Of a stretch of DNA of 64,000 nucleotides, positions 25,122 to 37,287 are shown piece after piece; within the stretch, counting starts at the first letter, position 1, and every line of letters starts with the position of its first letter. The stretch is from positions 1,729,879 through 1,793,878 of the forward strand of contig MU057801.1 in the NCBI GenBank assembly GCA_013265495.1, given 5' to 3'. The position numbers and the translations under genes were made by a program. This stretch comes from Vicugna vicugna (lineage: Eukaryota). The notes beneath the pieces were generated by a model. That model was not told where the DNA came from. It saw only the letters and a program-made list of their open reading frames with translations, and searched no databases.

Positions 25122-25175
25122 AAATACAGAGCCTTACTGTAACTCAATTAAAAATTAAAAAAAAATACAGAGCCT
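25122..25175 (+). mobile_element. Ultra-short retro-insertion (28 bp, A-tailed) with 13-bp TSD
   Basis: aaatacagagcct [tactgtaactcaattaaaaattaaaaaa] aaatacagagcct. Confidence 0.7.
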
Positions 25176-26304
25176 CTGGTGTTTCCTATCCAAGACGTCT
25201 GGCCCAGAGCCCAGGAATGTGGATTTTTAACCGGCTTCACTGGTGCATAGATGCAGCACGACAGTGAACAGGTGGGATTTTCCAGAAGGTGGGGTCAAAG
25301 CAGAGGAAGGACGTCTCTGGTGGGAGGCGTCTGCAAGTGACGCCGAGTCCCAGACACTGGCGAGAAATGGAGAGTAAGTCACACTTCTGACCCCCTGTGC
25401 AGTCACTGGTCACCGTAGTTGACCGGATTTGATCCTTGGTCCCAGCTGCCAGGACGGAGGTAAAGAGGGTTCCCCACAGCCCTCAGATCCATGCCGGCCG
25501 GAAAGTTAGAGCGGGTCTCCTAGGGCCCTGCGGCGTCTCCCCGGGTGTGCCGCCACCAGGCCCCGTGGGGCGGCTCACCTCTCCGCCCATCAGTTTGGAC
25601 TTAAAACCCGAGTCCATCCTCTGCGCGGGTGGAAGCAGGAGATGTGTCAAGGTGGCCTGAGTCAATCTTCATATGTGGACGCGGCCTGGAAGGACGTGTT
25701 CTCCTCATCTTCTCACGTAGGATCTCCCTGCCTCGTTGAGCGGGTTTTGAGTCATTTGAGTGGAGAACCTGGGATCTTTGTCCTGGGTGGTCCAGGACTG
25801 ATGGGCTGGCTGGGGCCCGCCTGTGAGAAGTGCACTCTGCATTGTTCTGATGACCCCCCCAAATCACCACGTGCATCTCCTCCAAGACGGGGGTTGTCAC
25901 AGTGTGGCCCATGGACGCCCTGCATCTCCTGAGCGGCGGCTAAAAACCTCTCCACTTTGGATCCTTCTCCCTGCCTCCTTACCAGGATTTCTGCTGCTCT
26001 CTGGAACCTGTGTTTTTAACGGTTTCTCCGGATGAGTCAAATACGTGATAATGTTGTGAAGCTCAGGCCCTAGTTACAAAGACCCAGAGTGAAGAAAGCA
26101 GCCACCTGCCACCTTTCACCACGTCCAACTCCGGGAAACCACAAAGGATGCCCTGGAAGGAAGTGCCCCCCTCCCGTGTGGACTGGTAGCTCAGGTGTGT
26201 TGCTGCCAAGTCTGAAGCCGCCACGCCCTCCGGTTTGCTCATCTCAGTAAAAGGCTCCTCACGGGCGTCCTTCACGCTTGCTGACGCCAACACTCAACAT
26301 TAAG

Positions 26305-26527
26305 AAGAGGAGGGGAGGGGTGAGTCGGGAGCTGGGGAAGAGCGGATACACAGTCTTGTGTGTAAAACAGATGATCCACAAGGTCCTGCTGTAGAGCGCA
26401 GGGGACTCTATTCAGCATCTTGTAATAACCTGTAACGGAAAAGAACACACCCTGTAACCGAATCACTGCAGCTGGTACGCCAGAAACCAGCGCAACACTG
26501 GCAATCCACTGTACTTCAGGGAAAAAC
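26305..26527 (+). mobile_element. L1 terminal 3'UTR fragment, GC-shifted
   Basis: acaaggtcctgctgtagagcgcaggggactctattcagcatcttgtaataacctgtaacggaaaagaa...tgtacttca. Confidence 0.85.
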
Positions 26528-29500
26528 ATTAAGCAGAAAACTCTGCCTGTTTTATCTGAATTCCATCCTTTCTTACCACCTCCCCTGCCTGGGCCACAGC
26601 GAGCGCCTCTGATGGTCTCGCAGCAGCCAAAGTGCTCTTTTTGAAACAAGTCAGAAAAAAAAAAAAAAAGGAAGGAAGGAAGGAAGGGGCCATCCACGCC
26701 GTGCCGAGGGCCGCCTCCCCGCTGCACCAGCATCCAGCTGCACGGCAGAGCCCACCCGGCCGGAAAAGCCCCAGTACTTTCCCTCTGGATCTGTGGAGGA
26801 GAAGTTTGCTGCGCTCATTCTAAATGTCTGCCAGACGCACCCCCAGCCAGGGTTAAGGGTGAGCCCCTCTGTGATGAAGGCAAGCAAACCTCCAGCCGAG
26901 CGTTTAAAAGCAGAAAGCGCGTCCGCGCCGTGCGGGCTTCTCCAGCGCGTGTGCCTGGAGGAGACGCGCTGAGTCGCTGGGTGTGAAGCCCAGCTTTGCG
27001 GGAGCACTGCCGACCCCGCGCCCTGCGGTTCTTACACCATTTACACCTCGCCCATCAGCAGAGAAAGTTCTGATTTCTCCAAATCCTAAAGAGGAAATGC
27101 TCAGAAGGAGGCAGGGAGTGAACCAGAAGCAAAAGGGAAACCAAGAAAAAGAAAGCGAGGGGATGTGTAAGCGGGCCTTACCTGCGAGCAGGTAGCGCTC
27201 CAAGCGCCTCGCACGCCCGCCGGCTCACAGGGGCTGGTCTCTGCCACTTTCTTGACCCTTAAATGAGTTGCTCAAGCGAGAGCCCTGACGGCTGGCCGCA
27301 GCCTCGGAGCTGTGCCGCTTCAGGGCCCGGGACCGCCCAGAGCTGGTGCTGCGGCTCCCTCCTGCCGTGGGCTCTCGGGGGTAACCTGGCGAACACCCCC
27401 GTCCCTCCAGCGTCTGTCAGCTGGACGTCTTAGAAGCAGCATCACGTGTCCAATGGAAAGGACTCCGTCCAGCACCTTCTGGGCCCCTGGAAGAGCCAGC
27501 AAAGCAGGAGGAGGAAACACCGAGAGGACCTCTTAGGTCCACTAACAAGGGCCAGGCTCTTCACAGCAGGTCCAACTCCACAGCCCGACTCAGGCGCCTC
27601 CCCGAGCTCAGTGGCTGCCGCTTGCACAGGACATGATATGCATGGAAAGAGAAGGGGAGCCTTCATCTCAGGAAAGTTTCTCATTTCACAGAGGAGGAGA
27701 TCGAGGCCCAGAGATGTCCCATGACACAAGCAGAGCTGTGGGGCCTGCAAGCAGTGGGCCCGAGATCCCCACGGAACTTCACAGCCAGCAGCACCTATCA
27801 GGTGCCTACTGTGTGCATCGCCTGGGCCTTCAGGTGGGACGGGAGTGTAAGGGCGTCTAAATCGTGGCCTTCTGTGAGCTAATCTCCCCAACCACACACG
27901 AAAGCTCTGAGAACACGGAGCACGGTGGACACTCTTCTCCCTGACAGAGGACCCGGCGATTATGTAGATGAAGTTCAACGTGCAGACTGTCGCCAGCCGT
28001 CTGTCCTGTGTGAGATCCCACCACCCTGAGTAAATCCTTCACAACCTAGAGACTCCGGGTGCCACGTCTCACCTGCCAGCCCTCGTGCCTTGGGTGAGGC
28101 TCTGCCTGCAGCCACAGGGGCCCAGCTCGTGACCGCCAGCCCTGCTTGACCGTGGCCAGTCTCAGGGTTGGCAGCTGTGGTCTCTAAGGGTTAACTGGGG
28201 AAGCAGTGTGGATTCCAGGGCCCACAGGAGACTTCCAAGAGTCACTCCTTGCAGGGCCAACGCCAGCACAACATCTGGTGTGCACCTGAACAAATCCGGG
28301 ACGCTTCCTCTTCAACATCATGTAAATTCTGCACCTTGACTCATGGCTGTTAAAACCACTGCAGTGAGAGCGCCAGCGAGCATGGCCATGTTCCCTTCAC
28401 GAGGGAGGGAGGACACTCCCAGGGGAGCGGCGTGGAGCCGTCCCCCAGCCTGCACCCGGTACGGCCGCCCCTGCGAATGGCTCTATTCGGTGCACTCACT
28501 CATTTTGGAAACCAAGTTCTCCACCTGGAGACTGGAATTTGGTTTTTCTCTCCTTCTTTCCCCCTTCCAGACTCAGTTTCCCCACTAAAGACACATCCCA
28601 CCCACCCTGCCCACCGACTGCCTGCCCCCCTTCCTCCTGCTTCCACCTCGTGTTGCTGAGCAGAGTTCTTTCACCTGCTTGTCCCCAGTCCTGGCCTCCA
28701 GTCACCTCCCCTGCGTGAGGGGCAAAGCCGGGACTGCTTTACGCTGGAGGTGAGCAGACTCCACGAGGCTGTCTGAACGCGCAGCCCTCCGTGCAGACGG
28801 AACAAGTCAAGCCCCAAGGCTCCCGCTGCTCCCAGACCGGCTGAGGGTCCTCCCTCCTCTGCTTCCGTGGGCCCCTTCCCCTCGCCACAACCCCGTGAGC
28901 TCCAGCGCACCAGCCTCAGGGAGGCTGTGGTGGTGCAGTCTGGGGAAGCTGCCCTCCCCTCGCCTCGCCCCTCTGCCCTGGCGTGAGCACGACTTTCTCT
29001 CTGCCCTTCCTGGCTCTGCGCAGCGCCTCGTTACAGCTCCACGCTGGAGACATAGACGCTGTCTCACTCTGCCCACCCCCCCAAGCAGACCCCGAGACAA
29101 GGATGCTAATGCCAGCCCTTGACTTGGGAGGCAACTCCGGGCATCACTGGTGGGAGGTGGAGGTGGGAGGGAAGCCCATGAAGGCAGGGGCTGGAGTGGT
29201 CCTGCCTGGGGACGGTGGGCTTGCAGAGTGGTCCCACCAAAGAGCACGGGAGCGGTGCGTTCGTCGGCCAGCGCCAGCACGAGCTCCCCGGCATCTCCAG
29301 CCCCTGCAGCTCTCCTCCCAGCCCCGGGCCCCCGCACCCCCGCACTCAGCCCTGCCCTTCCTCTGTGACGTTCCCCTCCCCTCGCCTCACCCGCTCCGCT
29401 CCCTCGTCCACAGCCTGACTTAACAGATAGCCCGAGTTCTCTTGTTGAGTATCAGCCTTGCTGTGGGGCTCACCCAGAGCAGGAACGTGCGGTGCCCTTC

Positions 29501-30110
29501 ACCACACGAACGTCAGAGACCGTGATCACTGCTGCTGCAGTCGTAGGGCAGGGACGGCGTGATTCCTAAGAATTTCAACCGGAGAGAGCCCTCTGCAAGG
29601 AAACAGGCAGCCTAAGGACCATCAGCTCGGGGGTGATGGGAGCCCCGGGGGGAAGCCGTCACCGGGCAGTCGGCGCTGTGACCACAGGACAGTGTGGCTG
29701 CCTCGCCCCTCACTCTCCTCGCTGCTGCTTGGTGCAGATTTAGGCTCTGCTGTCTCTGCATGGTCAGAAACATCCGTCCTTAGAAGGTCTCTCTGATGAG
29801 ACGGGCCTGGGTCCACGCAGGTCTCTTTAGTGGGACAGGGGAACACGAAGGCCCGGGTGGGGGAAGGGCATGTCCTCACTCCAGGAATCAAGCCCCGGCC
29901 CACCAGGGGAGAGTGGACGGTGCCCCTCGTGCTGGGCCTGGCCGCCCCTCCAGATCAGATGACCCAGACTTTGAGGGGGGCCTGACTGGGAGACCACCTC
30001 CTGGGGCAGGGATCAGGCTTCCTGAGGCAGAGAGTAGACTTCCACGGGGGTACTTCAGTAGTGAGGGGTCCAGAGAGCCCCTCCCCTCCTTTCCCCCTCC
30101 CATCCCCACC

Positions 30111-30574
30111 NNNNNNNNNNNNNNNNNNNNNNNNNNNNNNNNNNNNNNNNNNNNNNNNNNNNNNNNNNNNNNNNNNNNNNNNNNNNNNNNNNNNNNNNNN
30201 NNNNNNNNNNNNNNNNNNNNNNNNNNNNNNNNNNNNNNNNNNNNNNNNNNNNNNNNNNNNNNNNNNNNNNNNNNNNNNNNNNNNNNNNNNNNNNNNNNNN
30301 NNNNNNNNNNNNNNNNNNNNNNNNNNNNNNNNNNNNNNNNNNNNNNNNNNNNNNNNNNNNNNNNNNNNNNNNNNNNNNNNNNNNNNNNNNNNNNNNNNNN
30401 NNNNNNNNNNNNNNNNNNNNNNNNNNNNNNNNNNNNNNNNNNNNNNNNNNNNNNNNNNNNNNNNNNNNNNNNNNNNNNNNNNNNNNNNNNNNNNNNNNNN
30501 NNNNNNNNNNNNNNNNNNNNNNNNNNNNNNNNNNNNNNNNNNNNNNNNNNNNNNNNNNNNNNNNNNNNNNNNNN
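30111..30574. other. Assembly gap flanked by pyrimidine-rich low-complexity sequence
   Basis: N run with (cctcc)-like flanks. Confidence 1.
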
Positions 30575-32962
30575 CCTCCCTCCCCTGTTCTCACCCCTCT
30601 GTACCCCACTCCCTCCCTCCTCTCCCCACTCCCTTGCCTGTGTCTCCTGAGAAAACCCTCAATCAGTTACTCAAACCAGGATCTCCACCTCTGACTTTCC
30701 TTCCAGGAGCCCAGCTGAGACAACTTTCTGCATCAGGAAGAGCTGCCTTTCATTCTGAGACGTGAGGACTGGCCCTGCCTCCTCTCTGACATTGTGACTT
30801 GTAACCTGAAGTCACCCCAGGGCTGTCAGACATGCTCGTGGTTGTGAGGACTCTGAAGAGGTGATGTGGTGGAAGTGCTGGAAGAAATCAGTGCGGCCTC
30901 ATGTTTGTGGCGCAGAGTGGGGACCAAGCTGCTCCTCGGTGGCAGGTGGCCTTGGGGGCCAGTCCCTGGGAAGCCAGGCGTGAAGGAGGAGCCGTCTGCA
31001 GGGACTGACACGGGAGAGTCAGGACCGAGCCTTCCACCTGCCGCCCTGACTCAGGGCCCAGCGCCCGGAAGGAAGCTGTTGGCCGGAGAACTCCCGGCTA
31101 CGTTGCCAGGAGCCCAAAGCTAGAGCCCACACCCCCACACGCGGCCGGCAGTGGGCTCCCTGGCCCACCAGGCTCTGACGCCGCCATTGGACTGCGAAGT
31201 TGGCAGAACGATTGTCACTCCTGGTGATCACACCAGCCCCGCAGCTTGGTCTCACCTGCCTTGCCAGGTTCCCGCGGGCAGAGCGCTGCTGACAGGGCGG
31301 GTGGCGCTGGGCGTGGGACGCCTGTGGATGCAGACCTTGCCCCCACCCCCACGTCCATGCTTTACAGCTGCCCGGCCAGTCATGAAGGGATGACACCAAT
31401 CAAATAGCGTTGTTTTCTTTATATGGTGCCAAAAATGGCATCTCCTTTTATGTTTTGTTCAAAACTGGCCCATGAATTCGCAACAATGCGTCTCCTTTGA
31501 ATGTATGTGGATTCACATCGCCAGCAGCAGCAGCGGAAAAGATAAGTATTTTGACACGTGTTCTTTTTAAATTCTGAAGATCTGGGATGCCAAAGGCAAA
31601 ATGCGCTCAGAAACGGATGGGAACATGTGACGCCAACATGCGCGTTCTGGCCTCTGGGCCTGATGCTGCTGCCCGAGCACACTGTCCTCTCTCCTCTGTC
31701 CTCACTGCCCCCTCCTCACCAGAGCACCCCTCACGTCAAGACTTCGAGAAGCACCGTCTGGTCATTCCACCCTGAACACTCCCCCCTCGTCGGTCACCTG
31801 TTAGCTGCGCTGCACTGGGTATTTAAGAACACCACAGAGGGAAGGCGCGAGCGGCGGGGCCGGCCTCTCAGGACCCGCTCAGACCTGCCCAGCACGTGCG
31901 GTGATTCCGGGTGATTTCTTCTCGCGCCACCTGACCTGATGCTGCGGCTGCGTGTGACCGTGTGAAACGTGGTCTCGGAAGCCGACTCAGGAGACACTCC
32001 GTGTGCGTCTCTCCTCCCTGCGCCCGCGCCTTCCTCATGTCACGCGTTGTCCTTTGTACAGGGGTCTGTGTCGTGGTTTCCAGCTGTAACAAGCTGTTCG
32101 GGGGCGGGGGTCCAAGCACAACGTGCGCCCAGGAGGCCCCCGGAGGGCGGAGAGCTGAGGGGGAGGGCCGGGGGCTCTCAGGGGTGACCAGGCAGGTCAC
32201 TGCTGTGGGCGACCGGAGCTGACTGCTGCGAAGCTCCGGAAAGCGGTATGAAACACGCGTCTCAGTTTCCCAGCGGGAGGGGCTGCGGCTGGGGAGGCGG
32301 TGCTCCGCCCCCTCAGTCACTGGTCACCGGCTGTCGCCGGCCACTGCTCTGCTCTCAGCCACCTCTCGCGGTTCCAGGGGGAGACCCAGTAAGGAGCTGC
32401 AGCCGTCGGCTGCTGGAGATTCTGCCCGAAGGTGACCCCCCCGAAGGAAATGGCGAGCATGTCAGGACCTGCTACAGGTGCCTCTGGCTGAGAAAAAAGC
32501 TTATAACGAAAATAAAAAAATATGACTGGCTCCAAGATGAGGTGTTGGGGGTAAACACGGAGCCTTCTGTAACGCATGGAGCTGGCGGTGGTCCGCGGCT
32601 GCCGACAGGGCGGGGGAGGCGCGGTCCTGCAGCAGGCATCCTACGTCCGTCGGGCTAGAGGACGTCTCTGCAAGCCTGCGCGCCAGACCGCCTACAGCAC
32701 AGAAGGCCTTTTACACCGTCACTTACACCCCTGTCGGCCTCAGCACCTTTAACACACGTGTGTTTGCGTCTGTGTGTGTATAGTCCTGTAACAGGCTGAT
32801 TGTGAGAGCTCCACACAGAAAATTTCCCCAGATTGTCACAAGGAAACGGACAAGCACACACTGAGGACGGCAAAGGGTGACACAGTGACTCCCCACCCTT
32901 GGCGGGGGCGCTGTTGGAGAGTGGAGCGTGAGCGCTGCAGGGCAGTGAGCGAGGTGAAGGGC

Positions 32963-33452
32963 NNNNNNNNNNNNNNNNNNNNNNNNNNNNNNNNNNNNNN
33001 NNNNNNNNNNNNNNNNNNNNNNNNNNNNNNNNNNNNNNNNNNNNNNNNNNNNNNNNNNNNNNNNNNNNNNNNNNNNNNNNNNNNNNNNNNNNNNNNNNNN
33101 NNNNNNNNNNNNNNNNNNNNNNNNNNNNNNNNNNNNNNNNNNNNNNNNNNNNNNNNNNNNNNNNNNNNNNNNNNNNNNNNNNNNNNNNNNNNNNNNNNNN
33201 NNNNNNNNNNNNNNNNNNNNNNNNNNNNNNNNNNNNNNNNNNNNNNNNNNNNNNNNNNNNNNNNNNNNNNNNNNNNNNNNNNNNNNNNNNNNNNNNNNNN
33301 NNNNNNNNNNNNNNNNNNNNNNNNNNNNNNNNNNNNNNNNNNNNNNNNNNNNNNNNNNNNNNNNNNNNNNNNNNNNNNNNNNNNNNNNNNNNNNNNNNNN
33401 NNNNNNNNNNNNNNNNNNNNNNNNNNNNNNNNNNNNNNNNNNNNNNNNNNNN
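32963..33452. other. Assembly gap flanked by purine-rich sequence
   Basis: N run. Confidence 1.
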
Positions 33453-33635
33453 GAGGCGGAAGAGTCATAGTGTGAGAGGCCAGGGCAGGAGGGGGAGCCA
33501 AAGTGTGACTCCGGGAGCTTTGACTTGGAGCCAGAGGGACGTGCATTAACCGTGTGACCTCGACCAAGGGAGTTAGCTTATCTGGGTCTCACCATCTACA
33601 TACAAGCTATGGAAAAAATAATGGCGACTTCGCAA

Positions 33636-33832
33636 CAGCCCTGCCCGATAGAAACATTGGAATGATGGACATCTGTGCTGTCCAGCCCAGTCGTCACCCC
33701 CACCTGTGGCCATTGAGCACGTGATACCCGTCTACTGAGACGGAGATACGGAATCTCACCTTTCATTCAATATCAATCAGTTTAAAGGTAAGTGACCTCC
33801 GGTGCCCAGCGGCTGCCATGCTGGTGGTGCTG
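33636..33832. mobile_element. MER3-like hAT-Charlie element (MIR fragment immediately upstream)
   Basis: ctgcccgatagaaac...aatgatgga...tctgtgctgtcca...cacctgtggccattgagcacgtga. Confidence 0.7.
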
Positions 33833-36183
33833 TTCAGAATGTGGTTTTGGGGATTAAATGAAGCAACAGAGCTCCGTCCACCCTGCCCCGTGGCATCGAT
33901 CGACGCTGATTGAAAAGTGCCTCTTGAACAGAAGTGTGTTTGATTTCAATGGGGCTGCTGCCAGCCACGCCCGCTGTCCGTGAGGACTTTGCTGGCAGAA
34001 CTCCAGCTCCGTGACCGATCCGGCTGGTCAGAGATGAAATGCGGATGGCAGCCACGAAACGGTATGAGATGTCTTAAGTTTAACCCAAACCGGGGGCAAG
34101 AACTGTCTCCAAAGCCAGAGAAGCAGGACTCAGCAGATGACCCAGAGGACAAGAAGGAAAGGCCATGGTGTAAAGCGAACAATCAGTGGCTGAAAGCTAT
34201 TAAGTTCACTCTTCTAGTTCAAAGGGTCTGAAGTGGCAATTTGTCAGGGAGCTGTTGTCACTTTAGATGCCCTGCTTGCTCTCTTTGAAGCCCTGATTGA
34301 CTGCAGGAGGCTGGCCAGATCCTTCTGGAGGCAGGATTTCCACAGCTGAACACACTTATGTCATAGTAAAGACAACTATTCACAAATGTCATCGACAAAA
34401 GGGGAAAGAGTGTGAGTTTAGGGAGGAAACTGTGCTCAGAGCGGTCCAGGTGATGGGCGCCGTGACTCTGCACAAGGCCGCACAGCCAGATGGACAGTGT
34501 CAGCCACTCGAGTGTGTTGATCCGAGGCTGGAGAAAGTTCTCCGTTGGCGCGCCAACAGCGAGACAGACTTCAGCTTGCAAAGGATCATTTCTCTGCGCA
34601 AACAACCAACCGAGAGTGATCAAGCGAATTAACACGGTACCATCTCTCCAGCCAGCAGAGGTGGGGGCTGGAAGCACATCTTTTGCCAATTGTCTCGGAA
34701 AATAGGTGCAAAGGCACGTGTGCTGCTGGGAAGCAAGGAAAGGCTTCAGCAGAGACGAAGCAAAGGAAAATCGGCCAGTGTGAGTGAGCGGGGCAGCGAC
34801 CCTGCCCCGACACAGACTTCCCTCTAGAAATGCACGCACAGCATGGAGAGTGGGTGGGCGGAGCCCTGGGAAGCATGTTCACATCAGGAAGAAGCATTTG
34901 CAAATTAATTTGCTATCTGAGGTCCAGAGCCTCCTTATTGCAGGTGGAAGTGTGCCCATCGGTGTTTGCAGACGGGGCGTGCACGGTGTGGTCCAGCCCA
35001 AGTGTCCGCAGGGAAGGTCAAACCAAAAGGTTCGGGCTGACAGGGACACAAGCTGTCCTCACAGCCCAGTCCCTTCCTGCACTCTCACACACCCTGTGGC
35101 CCTGGCCACAGCAGGGTCCCAGGTAGAAGTGTGGCGGGTGGTGCAGTTGGTAGAGACGGGAGCCGAGGGTCCCCGAGGAGAGTGCCAGCGGGGTGGACCC
35201 CTGCCAGCAGCTGGGGGCCAGATGTCCCTGCTCTGCAGCCATAGAGAGTCACCACGGCAGGAAAAAAGTGATGTCTGCGTGCAACGTGTGGGAACCAGGC
35301 TAGGCGCGAGGTTGAGGGCAACTCACCACAGGCAGGGAGGGACAGATGGGGAGGAGGTGAATCCAGGAAGGGTCTGGAGGGCCGGGCTGTGGGCTTTCCA
35401 CAGCCACGCCCCCAAGGACAGGAAGCCAGGCAACCACACGTGTGGAGCACAGGCGCATCCACGCCCAGTTGGGGCTCTGTGTTCAAAGCCCCCCGGGGCA
35501 TCTCGCCCCCCCCCCCGATGTGAGCGTGCCGGCCGTGTGAGCGCCCGGTGGTCTGCGTTTCCTCCCACGGGTGTGTGTCATGGGGCTCCAGCGGCACCTG
35601 CTCTCCCAGAATCAGCCAAGAAGTCAGCACCCACCTGAGATTCGTCCGAATCACTCCGACCAAAGGAAATAAACGGCCACGTGCATCAGCATCAGACGTC
35701 AGGTGACCTGAAGCGAGATCCCGTTAGCAGGCTGACGCGATATTCGGGGGAGGAGGGGAGGTTCTGATGCGGACAAGCTCCTTGGTGCTCATTCATTCCG
35801 GCTGGGAAACACCTGTCTTCCAAGTCAGAGAAGGCGATGGGACATGTTCTTCCTGGAGTCTTCGCTCTCTTTTAGGCAAGGAAGTGTCTTATACTGTGAG
35901 GCCAAGACACCTGGACGGGGTTTTAAAGACGGCAACTGACGGATGCACACAGACCAGCAGATGAGTGTGGCCCGACGCTCCGCACAAGGCTCCCCATTAA
36001 AGAAGAAAGCGGTCACGTCACCCAGGTTAAAAACGTAAAGCCCTCACGGGATCAACGGAGACGCCTTTTGTTATTATTAACTTAATTGTGATAAAATACA
36101 CACAAAGGTGGGAACACATGAAATACAGATAAAATGTGCCATCTTAGCCATTCTGAGTGTGCGGTTCAGTGGCACCAGGCGCG

Positions 36184-36432
36184 CAGGCGGCCCTCGGGCT
36201 CGCCGCAGGGTCTGCTCCAGCCCCGCCACAAAACAGCGAAGATCATCATACAGCCAGCCACACGAGCCGTTCGGCTTCCCGGTGCAGAAAGGCTTACGGT
36301 TACGCGATACTGCAGTCTGTCACGCGTGCGATAGCGCTATGTCTGAAACGAGTAAATACCTTAATTAAAACGAATTTATAGCCAAAAAATGCTAGCCATT
36401 GTCTGAGCCTTCAGAAATCGCAGTCTTTTTGC
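36184..36432 (-). mobile_element. Tigger1-like DNA transposon end, strongly GC-shifted
   Basis: caggcggccctcgg...gggtctgctccag...ataccttaattaaaa...aaaaaatgctagccattgtctgagccttcag...gtctttttgc follows the Tigger1 terminal sequence. Confidence 0.75.
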
Positions 36433-36574
36433 AGCAGCAGCAACAGCAGGCCCTCCGCCGCATGCCAGGTGACAGTGCTCTCGTCTTTGGTGCAGCAGGG
36501 CAGACCATCCCACTGTGCACGGCAACACGCGGAAGCATCACGTGGTGTCCACAATGCGGGCAGGGGAGCCGGAG

Positions 36575-36738
36575 CTCTCCAGCTCAGTGCGTCAGGGCCC
36601 CCAGGGTCTCGTGTGTTCACAGAGATGGCGAGTTTCTGACGCAGCAGGTCTGGGGCAGGGCCTGAGGATGTGTATTTCTCAGGCATTCCCAGGTGACCCT
36701 GCTTGTCTGGACGTCATGCTTTGAGAACCACTGCCTTA
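36575..36738. mobile_element. MER5A-like element
   Basis: gagtttctgacgcagcaggtctggggcagggcctgaggatgtgtatttctc...ttcccaggtga...ctttgagaaccactg. Confidence 0.75.
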
Positions 36739-36781
36739 GATGAACTGTTTTTTCTGGCTACTCTTATGGTGGAAAAAAGTA

Positions 36782-37287
36782 CCCTCACACCAGCCAGAAC
36801 GACCATCACTGAAAAGTCCACAGATGAGAGATGCTGGACAGGCCATGGAGAACAGGGAGCCCTCCTGCACTGCTGGTGGAGATGGTGCAGCCGCTATGGA
36901 GGACGGTACAGAGGTTCCTTCAAAACCTGAAAATAGACCTACCATGTGATCCAGCAATCCCACTCCTGGGCATATATCCAGAGAAAAATAAAATTCAAAA
37001 ACACACCTGCACCCCAATGTTCACAGCAGCACTATTTACAACAGCCAAGACATGGAAACAACCCAAATGTCCATCAACAGATGACTGGATAAAGAAGATG
37101 TGGTATATTTATACAATGGAATACTACTCAGCCATAAAAAGAATTAAATAATGCCATTTGCTGCAACATAGATGGATCTGGAGATCATCATTCTAAGTGA
37201 AGTGGGCCAGAAAGAGAAAGAAAAATACCATATGACATCACTTATATGTGGAATCTAAAAAGAAAAAAAGGACACAAATGAACTACT
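36782..37287 (+). mobile_element. Relatively young L1 fragment (ORF2 C-terminal remnant and start of 3'UTR)
   Basis: VQPLWRTVQRFLQNLKIDLPCDPAIPLLGIYP...TCTPMFTAALFTTAKTWKQPKCPSTDDWIKKMWYIYTMEYYSAIK is the L1 ORF2 C-terminal domain. Confidence 0.95.

Noticed and set aside
34784..35638. 284-aa ORF (and the 214-aa ORF at 12007-12651)
   Set aside because: No recognisable homology or supporting gene structure; composition is typical of chance ORFs.
36831..37151. 106-aa ORF with clear protein homology
   Set aside because: It is an L1 ORF2 C-terminal remnant, not a host gene. The same applies to 2218-2454, 8205-8444 and 11452-11649.
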